Shown: in pieces, positions 42,984 to 52,547 of the stretch
Layout of the letters: each line of letters begins with the position of its first letter
How positions within the stretch are numbered: the first letter of the stretch is position 1
Origin: Candidatus Heimdallarchaeota archaeon
GTDB lineage: Archaea; Asgardarchaeota; Heimdallarchaeia; Heimdallarchaeales; Heimdallarchaeaceae
Assembly: GCA_019057815.1 (NCBI GenBank)
Contig: JAHLWR010000005.1
Span: 130,829-194,828, forward strand
Length of the DNA: 64,000 nucleotides
Direction of reading: 5' to 3'
Program-made: the position numbers and the translations under genes
Notes under the pieces: generated by a model
The model's input: the letters and a program-made list of their open reading frames with translations, nothing else
Told to the model about the DNA's origin: nothing
Database searches by the model: none

Positions 42984-43039
42984 CGCAGAAATATATTTAA
43001 TTATCTCATAAAATTTTACATAGTTTGGTGTTTATAACG

Positions 43040-45163
43040 ATGCCCTCCAAAAGCGAAACATATACACTTGGTATAGCAGAGAAAGCTCAAGCTGCTAAGA
43101 GAATAGCAAGAGCATTAGATGAAGAAGGGAAACCAAGTGTTGAAAGGTTGTACAATGTTCCTGTATATACTTGTACACGCGATGAAAAAAAGATAGTAGT
43201 TGTCCCAGCAATTGGACATTTGTTCACATTAAAACAAATTGGAAAAACATGGAATTATCCAGCCTTAGATTATGAATGGGTGCCGACGCATACAGTGGAT
43301 AAAACAGCAAGAACAAAGAATTTTGTTAGTGCTTTTAGTAGCTTAAGAAAAAAAGCGTCTAATGTTATTATAATGACAGATTATGATAGAGAAGGAGAGG
43401 TAATAGGTTACATAATCCTAAAGTATTTGTTGAAAAGAAATCAAGCCGAAAGAATGAAATTCTCCACTTTAACAAAATGGGACATTTTAGAAGCATATGA
43501 AAATAGAGAAAAAGAGCTCAGTTTAGGGTTTTTGAATTCAGGATTAATCCGTCATTACATCGATTGGCTCTATGGAATAAATTATTCAAGAGCACTAAGT
43601 TTGTCATTAAAACATGTAGCAGAAAAATTCAAAACAATTTCAATAGGAAGAGTGCAAGGACCAACACTAGCATTTGTAGTTGAAAAAGAAAATAATATCA
43701 ATTTATTTGTGCCTAAACCATATTGGACCATAGATAGTGAAGTAAGAGTTAATAAAGAAACTTATCCCGCGTTTTATGAAAAAGCAAGAATCGATACAAA
43801 AAAAGAAGCCCAGAATATTGTTCAGGAATGTAATAATTTGATAGGAGCTGTGAAGGATGTTGAGGAAAATCAGAAAAACATTCCACCACGTCCACCTTTT
43901 AATTTAAGTGATCTTCAAAGAGAAGCTTATAAGCACTTCAAATTCTCTCCAAGTAAAACTTTAGATTTTGCAGAAGTGTTGTACCTTAAAGCCTTAATAT
44001 CCTATCCTAGAACTGATAGTCAAAAGCTCCCCATGACACTAGGACACAAAAGAATTTTGACAAATTTGACCAAAAATGGTTCTTACAAAACATACTGTAT
44101 TGAAATTATTGAAAAAAAGAGGTTCAAACCATTTGAAGGGAGAAAAAAAGATGCAGCACATCCAGCTATTCACCCAACGGGGAATTTAATAGGAGAGAAC
44201 CTTTCATCAAATGAACGAAAATTATATGATTTAATTGTGAAAAGATATCTTGCTGTTTTTGGTGAAAGAGCAAAACAAGTAAACAAAAACATTGTAATCA
44301 ACATAAATTCTCATCATTTTGAAATACGTGGAAGCCACATTGTCAAAGAAGGATGGATAAGATATTACAAGCCTTATGTTTCATATTCAGATATTTTTAT
44401 TCCTGATTTTAAAATAGGGGAGAAAATTTTCTTCAATTTCATAAATGAAAAAGAACACTTTACTGAACCAACTAGAAGATTTAATGAATCAACTCTTCTA
44501 AAAATGATGGAAGACGAACAAATAGGAACAAAAGCAACACGAGCAGGAATTATTAAAACTTTATTTGGAAGAGGATACGTCGCAGGGAGCGTAATAAAAC
44601 CAACACCGCTAGGTATGGCAGTAGTGGAGGTTCTACAAAAACATTACCCAATTATTGTAAAGCCCGATATGACAAGAAATTTGGAATTATTAATGGAAAA
44701 AGTTCAAGAAGGAAAAACCAGTGTTGACGAAGCTATCCTATCTAAAAAGAAAGAACTAAAGGATATGTTAATTGAATTTCATAAGAAAGAATCAGAGATA
44801 GGTATTGCATTAAATAAGAACCTTCTCACTTCAGAAAAAAAGAGTTTTGTCAATTTGGGAGCTTGCCCTGAATGCAAAATTGGGGAATTAAGAATTATCT
44901 ATTCTAAAAAAACAGGAAAACGGTTCATTGCTTGTTCCTCTTATCAAAATTCGTCGATAAAATGCAAAGTAACATATCCACTTCCACCATATGGGGAGAT
45001 TAGCAGAACAAATAAAATTTGCCAATTTGATGGTTTACCACTAATGGAATGGAAAAGAGGCAGAAAAAAAGAGCATATTTGTATTGATTTCCATTGTATG
45101 TCTAGAAAAGAGGTAGGAAAGAATGATAACAAAGCAGAACAGAATCCTATGTCCAATCTGTAA
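43040..45163 (+). CDS. topA: DNA topoisomerase IA with C-terminal Zn ribbons
   Basis: IAEK, TDYDREGE, SIGRVQGPTL, ISYPRTDS, DAAHPAIHPT, IGTKATR. Confidence 0.96.
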   Translation: MPSKSETYTLGIAEKAQAAKRIARALDEEGKPSVERLYNVPVYTCTRDEKKIVVVPAIGHLFTLKQIGKTWNYPALDYEWVPTHTVDKTARTKNFVSAFSSLRKKASNVIIMTDYDREGEVIGYIILKYLLKRNQAERMKFSTLTKWDILEAYENREKELSLGFLNSGLIRHYIDWLYGINYSRALSLSLKHVAEKFKTISIGRVQGPTLAFVVEKENNINLFVPKPYWTIDSEVRVNKETYPAFYEKARIDTKKEAQNIVQECNNLIGAVKDVEENQKNIPPRPPFNLSDLQREAYKHFKFSPSKTLDFAEVLYLKALISYPRTDSQKLPMTLGHKRILTNLTKNGSYKTYCIEIIEKKRFKPFEGRKKDAAHPAIHPTGNLIGENLSSNERKLYDLIVKRYLAVFGERAKQVNKNIVININSHHFEIRGSHIVKEGWIRYYKPYVSYSDIFIPDFKIGEKIFFNFINEKEHFTEPTRRFNESTLLKMMEDEQIGTKATRAGIIKTLFGRGYVAGSVIKPTPLGMAVVEVLQKHYPIIVKPDMTRNLELLMEKVQEGKTSVDEAILSKKKELKDMLIEFHKKESEIGIALNKNLLTSEKKSFVNLGACPECKIGELRIIYSKKTGKRFIACSSYQNSSIKCKVTYPLPPYGEISRTNKICQFDGLPLMEWKRGRKKEHICIDFHCMSRKEVGKNDNKAEQNPMSNL

Positions 45164-45371
45164 AAAAACAAAAAACAAGCCAAAAGACGTGTATTGTAAT
45201 AAACATTCTTTAGCCCAAAAAAGTTTGAAAAAAGGATATAAAGATTGGTTGAAAGCTTATAGCACTATTTCTTGGGATGAATATATCAAAAACATTCTAG
45301 ATTTTGGTGATTTATTGGGAATTTTAGTTCGAGAAGTCGTGGAATACGAATTATATTTCAAACTAAATTAA
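45123..45371 (+). CDS. Small Zn-finger hypothetical protein
   Basis: CPIC...YCNKH; overlaps the topA 3' end. Confidence 0.65.
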   Translation: MITKQNRILCPICKKTKNKPKDVYCNKHSLAQKSLKKGYKDWLKAYSTISWDEYIKNILDFGDLLGILVREVVEYELYFKLN

Positions 45372-45389
45372 GAAATCTCAAAAAATCCT

Positions 45390-45671
45390 TCATCCTCCAT
45401 GAGATATTGGAATTATCCTTATAGTCAAATCCTCTATAATAGGAGCTAAAAGTTTTTTTGTGGTTCTTAATTCAATTTTGTTTGTCAACAGTAAAAAACC
45501 TGGTTTTATGTTGTTATTCAGTATAAGAAGGTCTGAAAGCTCTTTGTGGGAAGAAAGAGTTAATGTTAACGCATTTAACAAAATTGTACCTTCCTCAAAC
45601 TCTTTTTTGAGAATCTTTAAATTCGAAGAAATAGATGAATGTAAACGTATAGTAATTGTGTATTTTTTCAA
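45390..45671 (-). CDS. Ubiquitin-like sulfur carrier (Urm1/SAMP/MoaD family)
   Basis: Beta-grasp size, IKPGFLLLTN, C-terminal IIPISHGG. Confidence 0.75.
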   Translation of the reverse strand: MKKYTITIRLHSSISSNLKILKKEFEEGTILLNALTLTLSSHKELSDLLILNNNIKPGFLLLTNKIELRTTKKLLAPIIEDLTIRIIPISHGG

Positions 45672-45714
45672 TTATTACACCAAGAAAACCAAATAATGAA
45701 GACAAAAATCAGTT

Positions 45715-46614
45715 TTATCCAATTTCTATCTCAAACATTGCTATTAAATCATTTATATCTTGTGATATCTTTTTGTCTTCCTCGCTTAATTCAGCTCCCT
45801 CTTCAGGTTTCAGAAATTCTATTGATCGAACAATTCCTTTCTCACATATCATTCTTGGAACATGATTTTTTGAGAAAAATATACCTTCAGGAGGTTCATC
45901 GAGTTCCTCAAATTTGTTATCATATGTTTCTGTATATACTTTTGTACCGATAATCACAAGATCGCGATAAAAACCGCTTGGAGCCCCTAAATCTCTTAAG
46001 ATTTTGAAAGATTCCTTAGTTTGGTCAAGTTTTTCTTCAACAATCGTCTGCGATTTTGGGCTATCAACAACATCAGATTCAAGAGCTGTTAAGATTGTTG
46101 GCATTGGACGATTTCCGGGTGCACCCATCTTAGCTAAATGGTTAGGAAGTTGGGATTGAGGAACTTGTGCAGGACGATCTTTAAGTCTACTTTCACCCTC
46201 CTCTACAGCAGGTGTTGGTGAAGGTGGTTTAGGCATTGAAGGTGAAGGTTCAATATCAGTTTCATTGAATATATTGATGTTTTTTTGGCGATCCCTTATT
46301 TCTCTTACTTTGCTTAATACTTCAGGAGATACTAAGTCTGTTTTACCTATTTTTTCTAACATTATTATGAACTCAGAGGTTTCATCGTTTTGATCGCAAG
46401 ATTGAGGTATATAAGCAAAACCATACTCATTTTTTCTCAAATCTGATAGAGCCCTACTTCCAACGAACTTCTTTCTTATAGGACAATTAGCGCCTTTCCA
46501 TAACCATAGTCTCTTTATTTCTTCATTAACAATAATTAGGACTTTTTCAGTTCCAAGTTCTAAATCAGATTCTTCAACTAGAGAGCCATCATCTTGAACT
46601 TCTAGAAATCTCAT
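45715..46614 (-). CDS. Gelsolin/villin-domain protein with Pro-rich linker
   Basis: VLIIV....RLWLWKGANCPIRKKFVG...DQNDETSEF; PSPSMPKPPSPTP. Confidence 0.75.
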   Translation of the reverse strand: MRFLEVQDDGSLVEESDLELGTEKVLIIVNEEIKRLWLWKGANCPIRKKFVGSRALSDLRKNEYGFAYIPQSCDQNDETSEFIIMLEKIGKTDLVSPEVLSKVREIRDRQKNINIFNETDIEPSPSMPKPPSPTPAVEEGESRLKDRPAQVPQSQLPNHLAKMGAPGNRPMPTILTALESDVVDSPKSQTIVEEKLDQTKESFKILRDLGAPSGFYRDLVIIGTKVYTETYDNKFEELDEPPEGIFFSKNHVPRMICEKGIVRSIEFLKPEEGAELSEEDKKISQDINDLIAMFEIEIG

Positions 46615-46830
46615 TTATTATTCACACCTTTCTTATATCTATGTTTAAGTTAAACTATTATGTACACAATTCATACTTTTAATAAAGGTTATTAAAGTGT
46701 GATAACATCATTTTCAAATTAATTGATATTGTTTTTGAATTATTCACGCTCATATTTGAGGGGCTTTTATAATGTAAAGTGGTAAATTCTTTGAAAATAG
46801 GTTACTAAATCTCGTAGTGAGGAGAGAAAT

Positions 46831-49632
46831 TTGGTTAACAAAAGTAATTCTTTCAATAATAAAAAGGATAAATGGAAAAAAAAGAAAAATTATCGTTTCT
46901 CTCTTCAAAAAACCATTATTGTATATTTCATAGTAACAATTATAGCAATCATCACATTTGTGCTTTTATTTCCTGAAATTCTCAGTTGGTTATCAGTCAA
47001 TCAGTTTACATTTGTGCTGAGTAAAGTATCTCTTGCTTTTAGTGATTTTTTCTTAAATATCAAACCCTTTGTTGTAAATCAGTGGTTCATAGGTTTTAGT
47101 TTACTTATTTTTCTAATTTTATTAACTGTTAAGAAATTACCCTATTATAATATCACAGGGAAGAAATATTACACACTCAAGAAATTATTCTTGCCATATT
47201 ATAGAAAAATCAGTGTAATTATTGTTAATTCATCATTAACGAGCAATAATAGGACCCCTATAAACAATTCTTATATGAATAGAACAAATATCACCTTTGT
47301 AAACCACCTTCTTTTGCAATCAAAACAAATACAAATGGGTATATTTAGCCAAAGAAGAAGCGTAAACGTTTTTTTTGCTGTGGTTGAGCATGGTTGGAAT
47401 GAAAAAAAAGTTTCAAAAAAAATTGAGAAACATATCACCTACCTAACACATTCTATTGAAATGTATTACAATTGTAACATTGAAATACTTTCAGAAATAC
47501 AGATGTCTAAGTTCGTTAAAATAACGGGTGACACAAAAACAAGAGCAAAAATAAAGATTTCAAATGCATCTACAAGAGATCTTAATATAACAGATCATTT
47601 ATACAACCTTTTACTAAAATTTGAAACCAATAATACGTGTATAATTATTCAAGCTCAAAAAGATCGAAAAAATGAAAGTAAGATTTTAACATCAATAAGC
47701 ATCTTTTCTGACAAAAAAGAGATAACCTCTATAATTTGCAACACGAGTGATTTTTCAATAAAAAAACCCAACTTATTGTTCAAAAAGCTCAATTTCATAA
47801 AAACGCTCACTAAATCGCCAAAAAATAATAAAAAACTCAAAATTGAGAATGTAGCAAACCTAATCCACATCCCTATCAATTATCAAGGAAGCATAGATTC
47901 CATGAATCTTATTGGCTTTAATGTAAACAATACCAATCTCAAAACAGTTCCTAATTCAATTATTATAGGAAAAACAATTAACGGAAAATATTCAGGCAGA
48001 GATGTAACTGTTGATGTTAAAAACCTGCTATTGAATGTTGAAATATTTGGTATGATAGGAAAAGGAAAAAGTAAATTAGTTTCATCTGTTTTCAGACAAC
48101 TTTTAGATAAAAAAATAAGTACAGTTTTTTTTGATATAAAGGGGGAACATTCACGCACTTTTACTGAAAATCCCAATGTCAATATATTAACAATTGGACA
48201 ACCGAGACCATTATGCATAAACATATTTGAAACAACAGATGAGGATGATGTAAGAGATACACTTCTAATTATAGAAGAGATGCTTAAGTCTTCCAATCAA
48301 GAATTTACTGCTGCTATGAAAAATTTATTTGAAACTGCTTTATTTTTGACTCATAAATCTCCTAGAAGGAACCTCAAAACCTTCGTAAAGAATCTCTGTA
48401 ATATTACAACACAATTTCAAATGAGCAAAAACACTACATATTTTCAACAAACGTTAGATGCTGTTCTTAACAGGTTAAACTTCATTTTTAACCCAATAAA
48501 TTTTGAAATTATAGGTGTTTCAAAAACAACATTAGATTTTTCAGTTTTAGATGAAGGAAAAAGTATAATTTTGGATTTAAGCCAATTTCAAAGAAGAGCT
48601 GCTAGACCATCTGATATTTTTTTGATTTGTAATTTAATCCTGAAAATGCTCTATAAACACGCGTCTTCCAAGGGAATGACAGATTCTCTTAGATATATGG
48701 TGATAATGGAAGAAGCTATTAATATAATACCTAACTTTTATCATACTGAGAGCTCTGCATCATTAATTACTGCAGAAAACAATTTTTTGTTGGGAAGAAG
48801 TCTGGGGATAGGGCATATAACAATCTCTCAGATGTGGGATAGTGTAAGTAACATTGTACATGCAAATAGTTCAACAAAAATTGTCTTTCGTTCAAATGAG
48901 AAAACAGAAAGAATAGGCAGAGCATTAAACTTGAGTGAAGAAGAAATTGCTTTGGTTCAAAGACTCCTGACACAACAGTGTTTTGTTCTTTCAGATCAAC
49001 ATGAGCAAGCTGTCTTAACCCATACTTATGACAATAGCGTGAAACCAAGTAGCTATTCAGAGTACATATCAACTATTCTAAGAAAATACGGTAAAAGCGA
49101 ATTCCCAACACTTTACAAGAACTTCATAGAGATGAGAACAGAACTTTACAAGCAAAACGAAAGAACAGATAATAGAAGCACAAAAATAAAAGAATCGATA
49201 AAAAAAACCCTTAATGGGCAGCAAACATTAGAAAATTATTATTCGGGAAAAAACCCTCGACAGGATGAACAAAGTCAAGAATTTGCCACTTTTAACCTGC
49301 TAGCCCCAAATCAGATCTGTGAAAAAATGTGTTCTAAAAAGCATAACGAGAAGGAATGTTTAGAAATAAAACTGAGAGCTAAACTAATCAAAAATATTTT
49401 GAAAAAGAATTTCCCAAGAAGTGAAATAGCTGCTCTACTACAAAATGAAAAGAACTTGGAAAAACAAATACAAGATACAGCTGAAAATAAGAATATAAAA
49501 CAAGATGATATAACCATTTTTTGCACAATAAAGGAAATCATCACAGAATTTATAGCGTCAGGTAGAATTTCCGATTTAGAGGCAATTAATATCTTAGTAA
49601 AATTCATCCCTAAACATCATACCTTTATATAG
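46831..49632 (+). CDS. Membrane-anchored HerA/VirB4-like (DUF87) ATPase
   Basis: N-terminal TMs; GMIGKGKS, FDIKGEH, VIMEEA, GRSLGIG..TISQ, NSSTKIVFR. Confidence 0.8.
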   Translation: MVNKSNSFNNKKDKWKKKKNYRFSLQKTIIVYFIVTIIAIITFVLLFPEILSWLSVNQFTFVLSKVSLAFSDFFLNIKPFVVNQWFIGFSLLIFLILLTVKKLPYYNITGKKYYTLKKLFLPYYRKISVIIVNSSLTSNNRTPINNSYMNRTNITFVNHLLLQSKQIQMGIFSQRRSVNVFFAVVEHGWNEKKVSKKIEKHITYLTHSIEMYYNCNIEILSEIQMSKFVKITGDTKTRAKIKISNASTRDLNITDHLYNLLLKFETNNTCIIIQAQKDRKNESKILTSISIFSDKKEITSIICNTSDFSIKKPNLLFKKLNFIKTLTKSPKNNKKLKIENVANLIHIPINYQGSIDSMNLIGFNVNNTNLKTVPNSIIIGKTINGKYSGRDVTVDVKNLLLNVEIFGMIGKGKSKLVSSVFRQLLDKKISTVFFDIKGEHSRTFTENPNVNILTIGQPRPLCINIFETTDEDDVRDTLLIIEEMLKSSNQEFTAAMKNLFETALFLTHKSPRRNLKTFVKNLCNITTQFQMSKNTTYFQQTLDAVLNRLNFIFNPINFEIIGVSKTTLDFSVLDEGKSIILDLSQFQRRAARPSDIFLICNLILKMLYKHASSKGMTDSLRYMVIMEEAINIIPNFYHTESSASLITAENNFLLGRSLGIGHITISQMWDSVSNIVHANSSTKIVFRSNEKTERIGRALNLSEEEIALVQRLLTQQCFVLSDQHEQAVLTHTYDNSVKPSSYSEYISTILRKYGKSEFPTLYKNFIEMRTELYKQNERTDNRSTKIKESIKKTLNGQQTLENYYSGKNPRQDEQSQEFATFNLLAPNQICEKMCSKKHNEKECLEIKLRAKLIKNILKKNFPRSEIAALLQNEKNLEKQIQDTAENKNIKQDDITIFCTIKEIITEFIASGRISDLEAINILVKFIPKHHTFI

Positions 49633-49724
49633 CAATGGAATAGGGTTTGGAGAAGAAATATTTTCATTTAAATTATACTTTTTTTTAAATCACAGAGAAA
49701 CTTGAATAAAAGTTAACTGAAATA

Positions 49725-49797
49725 TAAAAAGAAGGCATGAAAGGTTTCCCCCTCATGCCTCAAGACATGGCTACATCCACTTTACGTGGTAGTACAC
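49725..49797 (-). ncRNA. Candidate small structured RNA
   Basis: Minus-strand TTTAAATA box (49820-49813), small hairpin, then a 13 bp stem with G-U pairs and GAAA tetraloop (49761-49732) followed by a U-tract. Confidence 0.35.
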
Positions 49798-49944
49798 ATA
49801 TCTATACTTAGATATTTAAACGTTGCTCTTTTCTTATATGTAAATAGCACCCTATCTCAAAGGAAGGAGGATTTTGTCGGAGTTATTTTTAAAGGAATTA
49901 GAAAAAGCTGTTTTTATTGGATGGTTTAATACAAATAGACTGAA

Positions 49945-50013
49945 GTCATTTTTTTTCTGTTGTTTTGTTATAGCTTTAGCTCATAATTAGTTTAACACAA
50001 TTAAAAGTGATGT
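49945..50013 (+). promoter_or_regulatory. Conserved ~70 bp upstream block of peptide unit 1, ending in a GTGAT SD-like sequence
   Basis: gtca.tttttttctgttgttttgttatagctttagctcataattagtttaacacaattaaaagtgatg; near-identical at 50178, similar at 62492 and (reverse) ~52340-52400. Confidence 0.75.
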
Positions 50014-50076
50014 ATGATGTTAGACCCTGGTGAACCCGGCGATGATTATATAATCCCTCCAGCTTGGACTCCTTAA
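50014..50076 (+). CDS. Micro-peptide 1: MMLDPGEPGDDYIIPPAWTP
   Basis: SD-like GTGAT; motif conserved with 50248 and 62563 through synonymous codon changes; downstream T-tract. Confidence 0.8.
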   Translation: MMLDPGEPGDDYIIPPAWTP

Positions 50077-50112
50077 AAAGGGATTATTCTCTTTTCTTTT
50101 TTAAATTATTGA

Positions 50113-50247
50113 CTAATAATGGGTCTGAAATGTAATAAATTTAGAAAATATATGACGAAAAATATAATTTTCTGTATGTCACTTTTTTTCTGTTGTTTTG
50201 TTATAGCTTTAGCTCATAATTAGTTTAACACAATTAAAAGTGATGAT
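50113..50247 (+). repeat. Inter-unit spacer plus conserved upstream block of peptide unit 2
   Basis: Highly similar to 62427..62562. Confidence 0.85.
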
Positions 50248-50304
50248 ATGTTTGACCCAGAACCCGGCGATAATGAAACGATGCCTCCTGAATGGCATCC
50301 TTAA
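50248..50304 (+). CDS. Micro-peptide 2: MFDPEPGDNETMPPEWHP
   Basis: Same motif; in-frame 3 nt indel relative to copies 1 and 3; downstream T-tract. Confidence 0.8.
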   Translation: MFDPEPGDNETMPPEWHP

Positions 50305-50567
50305 GAAGAAACCAATTCTTCTTTTTTTTTTATTACTAGCGCAATAATTTAATCCGAAACGAAGATATTTTTATAGTGTTTTATATATTTATTATTGGGT
50401 GTTCATTAAAATAATGCTAGACATAAGAAATCTCTTATTTATTAGGTATTTATGCGAAATTATTCCACCAATGCTTTTTCTTAGACTGACATTCAATCAA
50501 AATACGTAGAGAGGAGAGGAAAAGAATTTTTGATGTAAAAGAATTTCATAGAGCAAAACAACACTTA

Positions 50568-52217
50568 TTGGATAATAAGGATAAAATAACATCGCTTTCT
50601 AAATTAAGGGAATATATTGAAAAATTAGAATTCGTCTGTGCCAACGAAAGATCGTCTCAACTTGCTCAATTATTGGAAGAAATAATAGAAAAAATAAAGC
50701 CTTTCAACGATAATTATTCTCTCTTCACAGTATGTTGGGAATTTTTCATCCAGACTTACTATTATGTACAAAAAAAAGAGCAAACAGAGTACTTAATTGA
50801 AAATATGAGAACAATAGCTTGGCAAGATGAGAATAACCTACAAAAAGCACTAGTATATACAGCTATAGCCCTTTTCAGTCAATTTAAAGGGGTTTATGAA
50901 GATGCTATTAAATATACATTGTTAGCTAAGCAATTAGTTGAACCATTCAAAAATAAATACAAAAACACCTATTACAAAATTTTGTATACATATACACATT
51001 TTTTCATCTGGTTCAAGGAAAGAGACATACCATCAGCTGTAGAAAATATGGAAGAATGTTTTTTGTATTATCATCAAAGTTACAACTCTCTAGGTATGAT
51101 AAAGTCTATCTCCCTACTCTTGCGATTTTATATTTTGTTAAATCAAGGAACTAAAATCAAAAAGCTACTAAAATGGATATTTGTAGAGGAACGAATCCAA
51201 GATAATCTAATTGACACACATTTTATTTGGTTATACAGAACTGTTGGGATAATTTTTACAATACAAAACAAACTTTATGATGCTCTAGGCCATTTGACAG
51301 AAGCGTATAAACGAATTAAGAGAGAAAGTTTACAACATGAGGTAATGTATGAATATGTTGAAATTTTAAGGTTTTTAAGTCGCTGCTATGCTTATCAAGG
51401 TGATTTTCAACTAGCACATAATTTGCTCGTTGAATTGGCTGGTTTCATGGAAACCGATTTTGTGAAAAAAAATTATTTTAAATCAGGTATAAAACTTGCT
51501 TATTTCAGCACTTGTTACACACTTTTATTCATTTTTGTACAACTGGATTTAGATATTTCAAACGTACAAGATGAAAAATTAAGGCAAATTTATAAATATA
51601 CTAAATCGTTTATTTCTGAATCACGTTTATCAAAGGATTTACTTTTAGATTCATATTCAGATGAAGAAGGCACGAAATCGCTGTTAAATGATGAAACAGA
51701 CAAATCTAGAGAAGAGGTTTACATAACTCTACATCAACTTCTCATTACACACAAACCATATATAGCAACTAAAAAGACTGCAGATGCAATAAATAAAATC
51801 AAAAATTATACTTTTGATCCATTATACGCAGATATTTTACTGGGAAAGATACATTTAGCAATGGGAAACTTTGCAGAATTCAAAAAAACAGCAGAAAATG
51901 TTAGAAAAAAAACAACAGATGAAAAAGCACCAATTCTGCAAATTTGGAGTGACTTTTTTACTTTGTTGTCCAAATATTTAGAGGAGCCTAGCAATCTCAC
52001 AATTCTTAAAGAGTTTAAGAATTTAGAAATAAAGTGTTCACAAAAAAATTTCAGGAAAATGGCAGAGGAGATAAAACTATATCAGAAATTAATCTCATCC
52101 ACTCGAACAATTAAAAAATTTGAAGATAGATTTCAACAAACTGCTTTTATGGATGTATTCAATGAACAATCAAAGAAAATGGTTATAGAATATTTGGATG
52201 AGCAAAAAACGAGTTAG
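50568..52217 (+). CDS. TPR-like alpha-helical repeat protein, paralog A
   Basis: ALVY..IA....FKG.YEDAIKY; VGIIFTIQNKLYDALGHLTEAY; LSRCYAYQGDFQLA; LGKIHLAMGNF. Confidence 0.75.
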   Translation: MDNKDKITSLSKLREYIEKLEFVCANERSSQLAQLLEEIIEKIKPFNDNYSLFTVCWEFFIQTYYYVQKKEQTEYLIENMRTIAWQDENNLQKALVYTAIALFSQFKGVYEDAIKYTLLAKQLVEPFKNKYKNTYYKILYTYTHFFIWFKERDIPSAVENMEECFLYYHQSYNSLGMIKSISLLLRFYILLNQGTKIKKLLKWIFVEERIQDNLIDTHFIWLYRTVGIIFTIQNKLYDALGHLTEAYKRIKRESLQHEVMYEYVEILRFLSRCYAYQGDFQLAHNLLVELAGFMETDFVKKNYFKSGIKLAYFSTCYTLLFIFVQLDLDISNVQDEKLRQIYKYTKSFISESRLSKDLLLDSYSDEEGTKSLLNDETDKSREEVYITLHQLLITHKPYIATKKTADAINKIKNYTFDPLYADILLGKIHLAMGNFAEFKKTAENVRKKTTDEKAPILQIWSDFFTLLSKYLEEPSNLTILKEFKNLEIKCSQKNFRKMAEEIKLYQKLISSTRTIKKFEDRFQQTAFMDVFNEQSKKMVIEYLDEQKTS

Positions 52218-52279
52218 TATTCAATTTTAAAAGGTAACTCCTTGTAGTTATTAGAAGAAATAAAAGAAGAACAGACTTC

Positions 52280-52339
52280 CTACTCAAGGATACCATTCAG
52301 GAGAAGAAAGTTATTATCTTCAGACTCTGGGTCAAACAT
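52280..52339 (-). pseudogene. Inverted, frameshifted micro-peptide copy (MFDPESEDNNF...; shifted frame ends SPEWYP*)
   Basis: Reverse complement reads acaattaaaagtgatgatatgtttgacccagagtctgaagataataactttcttctcctgaatggtatccttga, one nt short relative to copy 2. Confidence 0.75.
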
Positions 52340-52547
52340 ATCATCACTTTTAATTGTATTAATCTAAGTATGAGTAAAAGATTAAAGAACAAAACGAAGA
52401 AGGTGATAGAATAAAGTGAAATAAGAAGCACCTAAATTACTCTTAATTGAAGTTTACAAAAAACATTTGATCTTTAAAAGATTAACCAAAGTTAAATCAA
52501 ATATCATAACATTTTTCTATAAAGACTCTGAGTTTGGTTTGATAATT

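Noticed and set aside
46831-49632. HerA/VirB4-like ATPase as exporter of the micro-peptides
   Set aside because: Adjacent only at locus 1; no counterpart at locus 2 within this window
50176-50223. ORF MSLFFCCFVIALAHN within the conserved upstream block
   Set aside because: The ATG is not conserved in the other copies (aag at 49943, gtg at 62490) and there is no synonymous-change pattern supporting coding
49945-50304. CRISPR mini-array interpretation of the tandem repeats
   Set aside because: Units are ~230 bp, the variable parts are homologous coding sequences rather than unique spacers, and no cas genes are in the window
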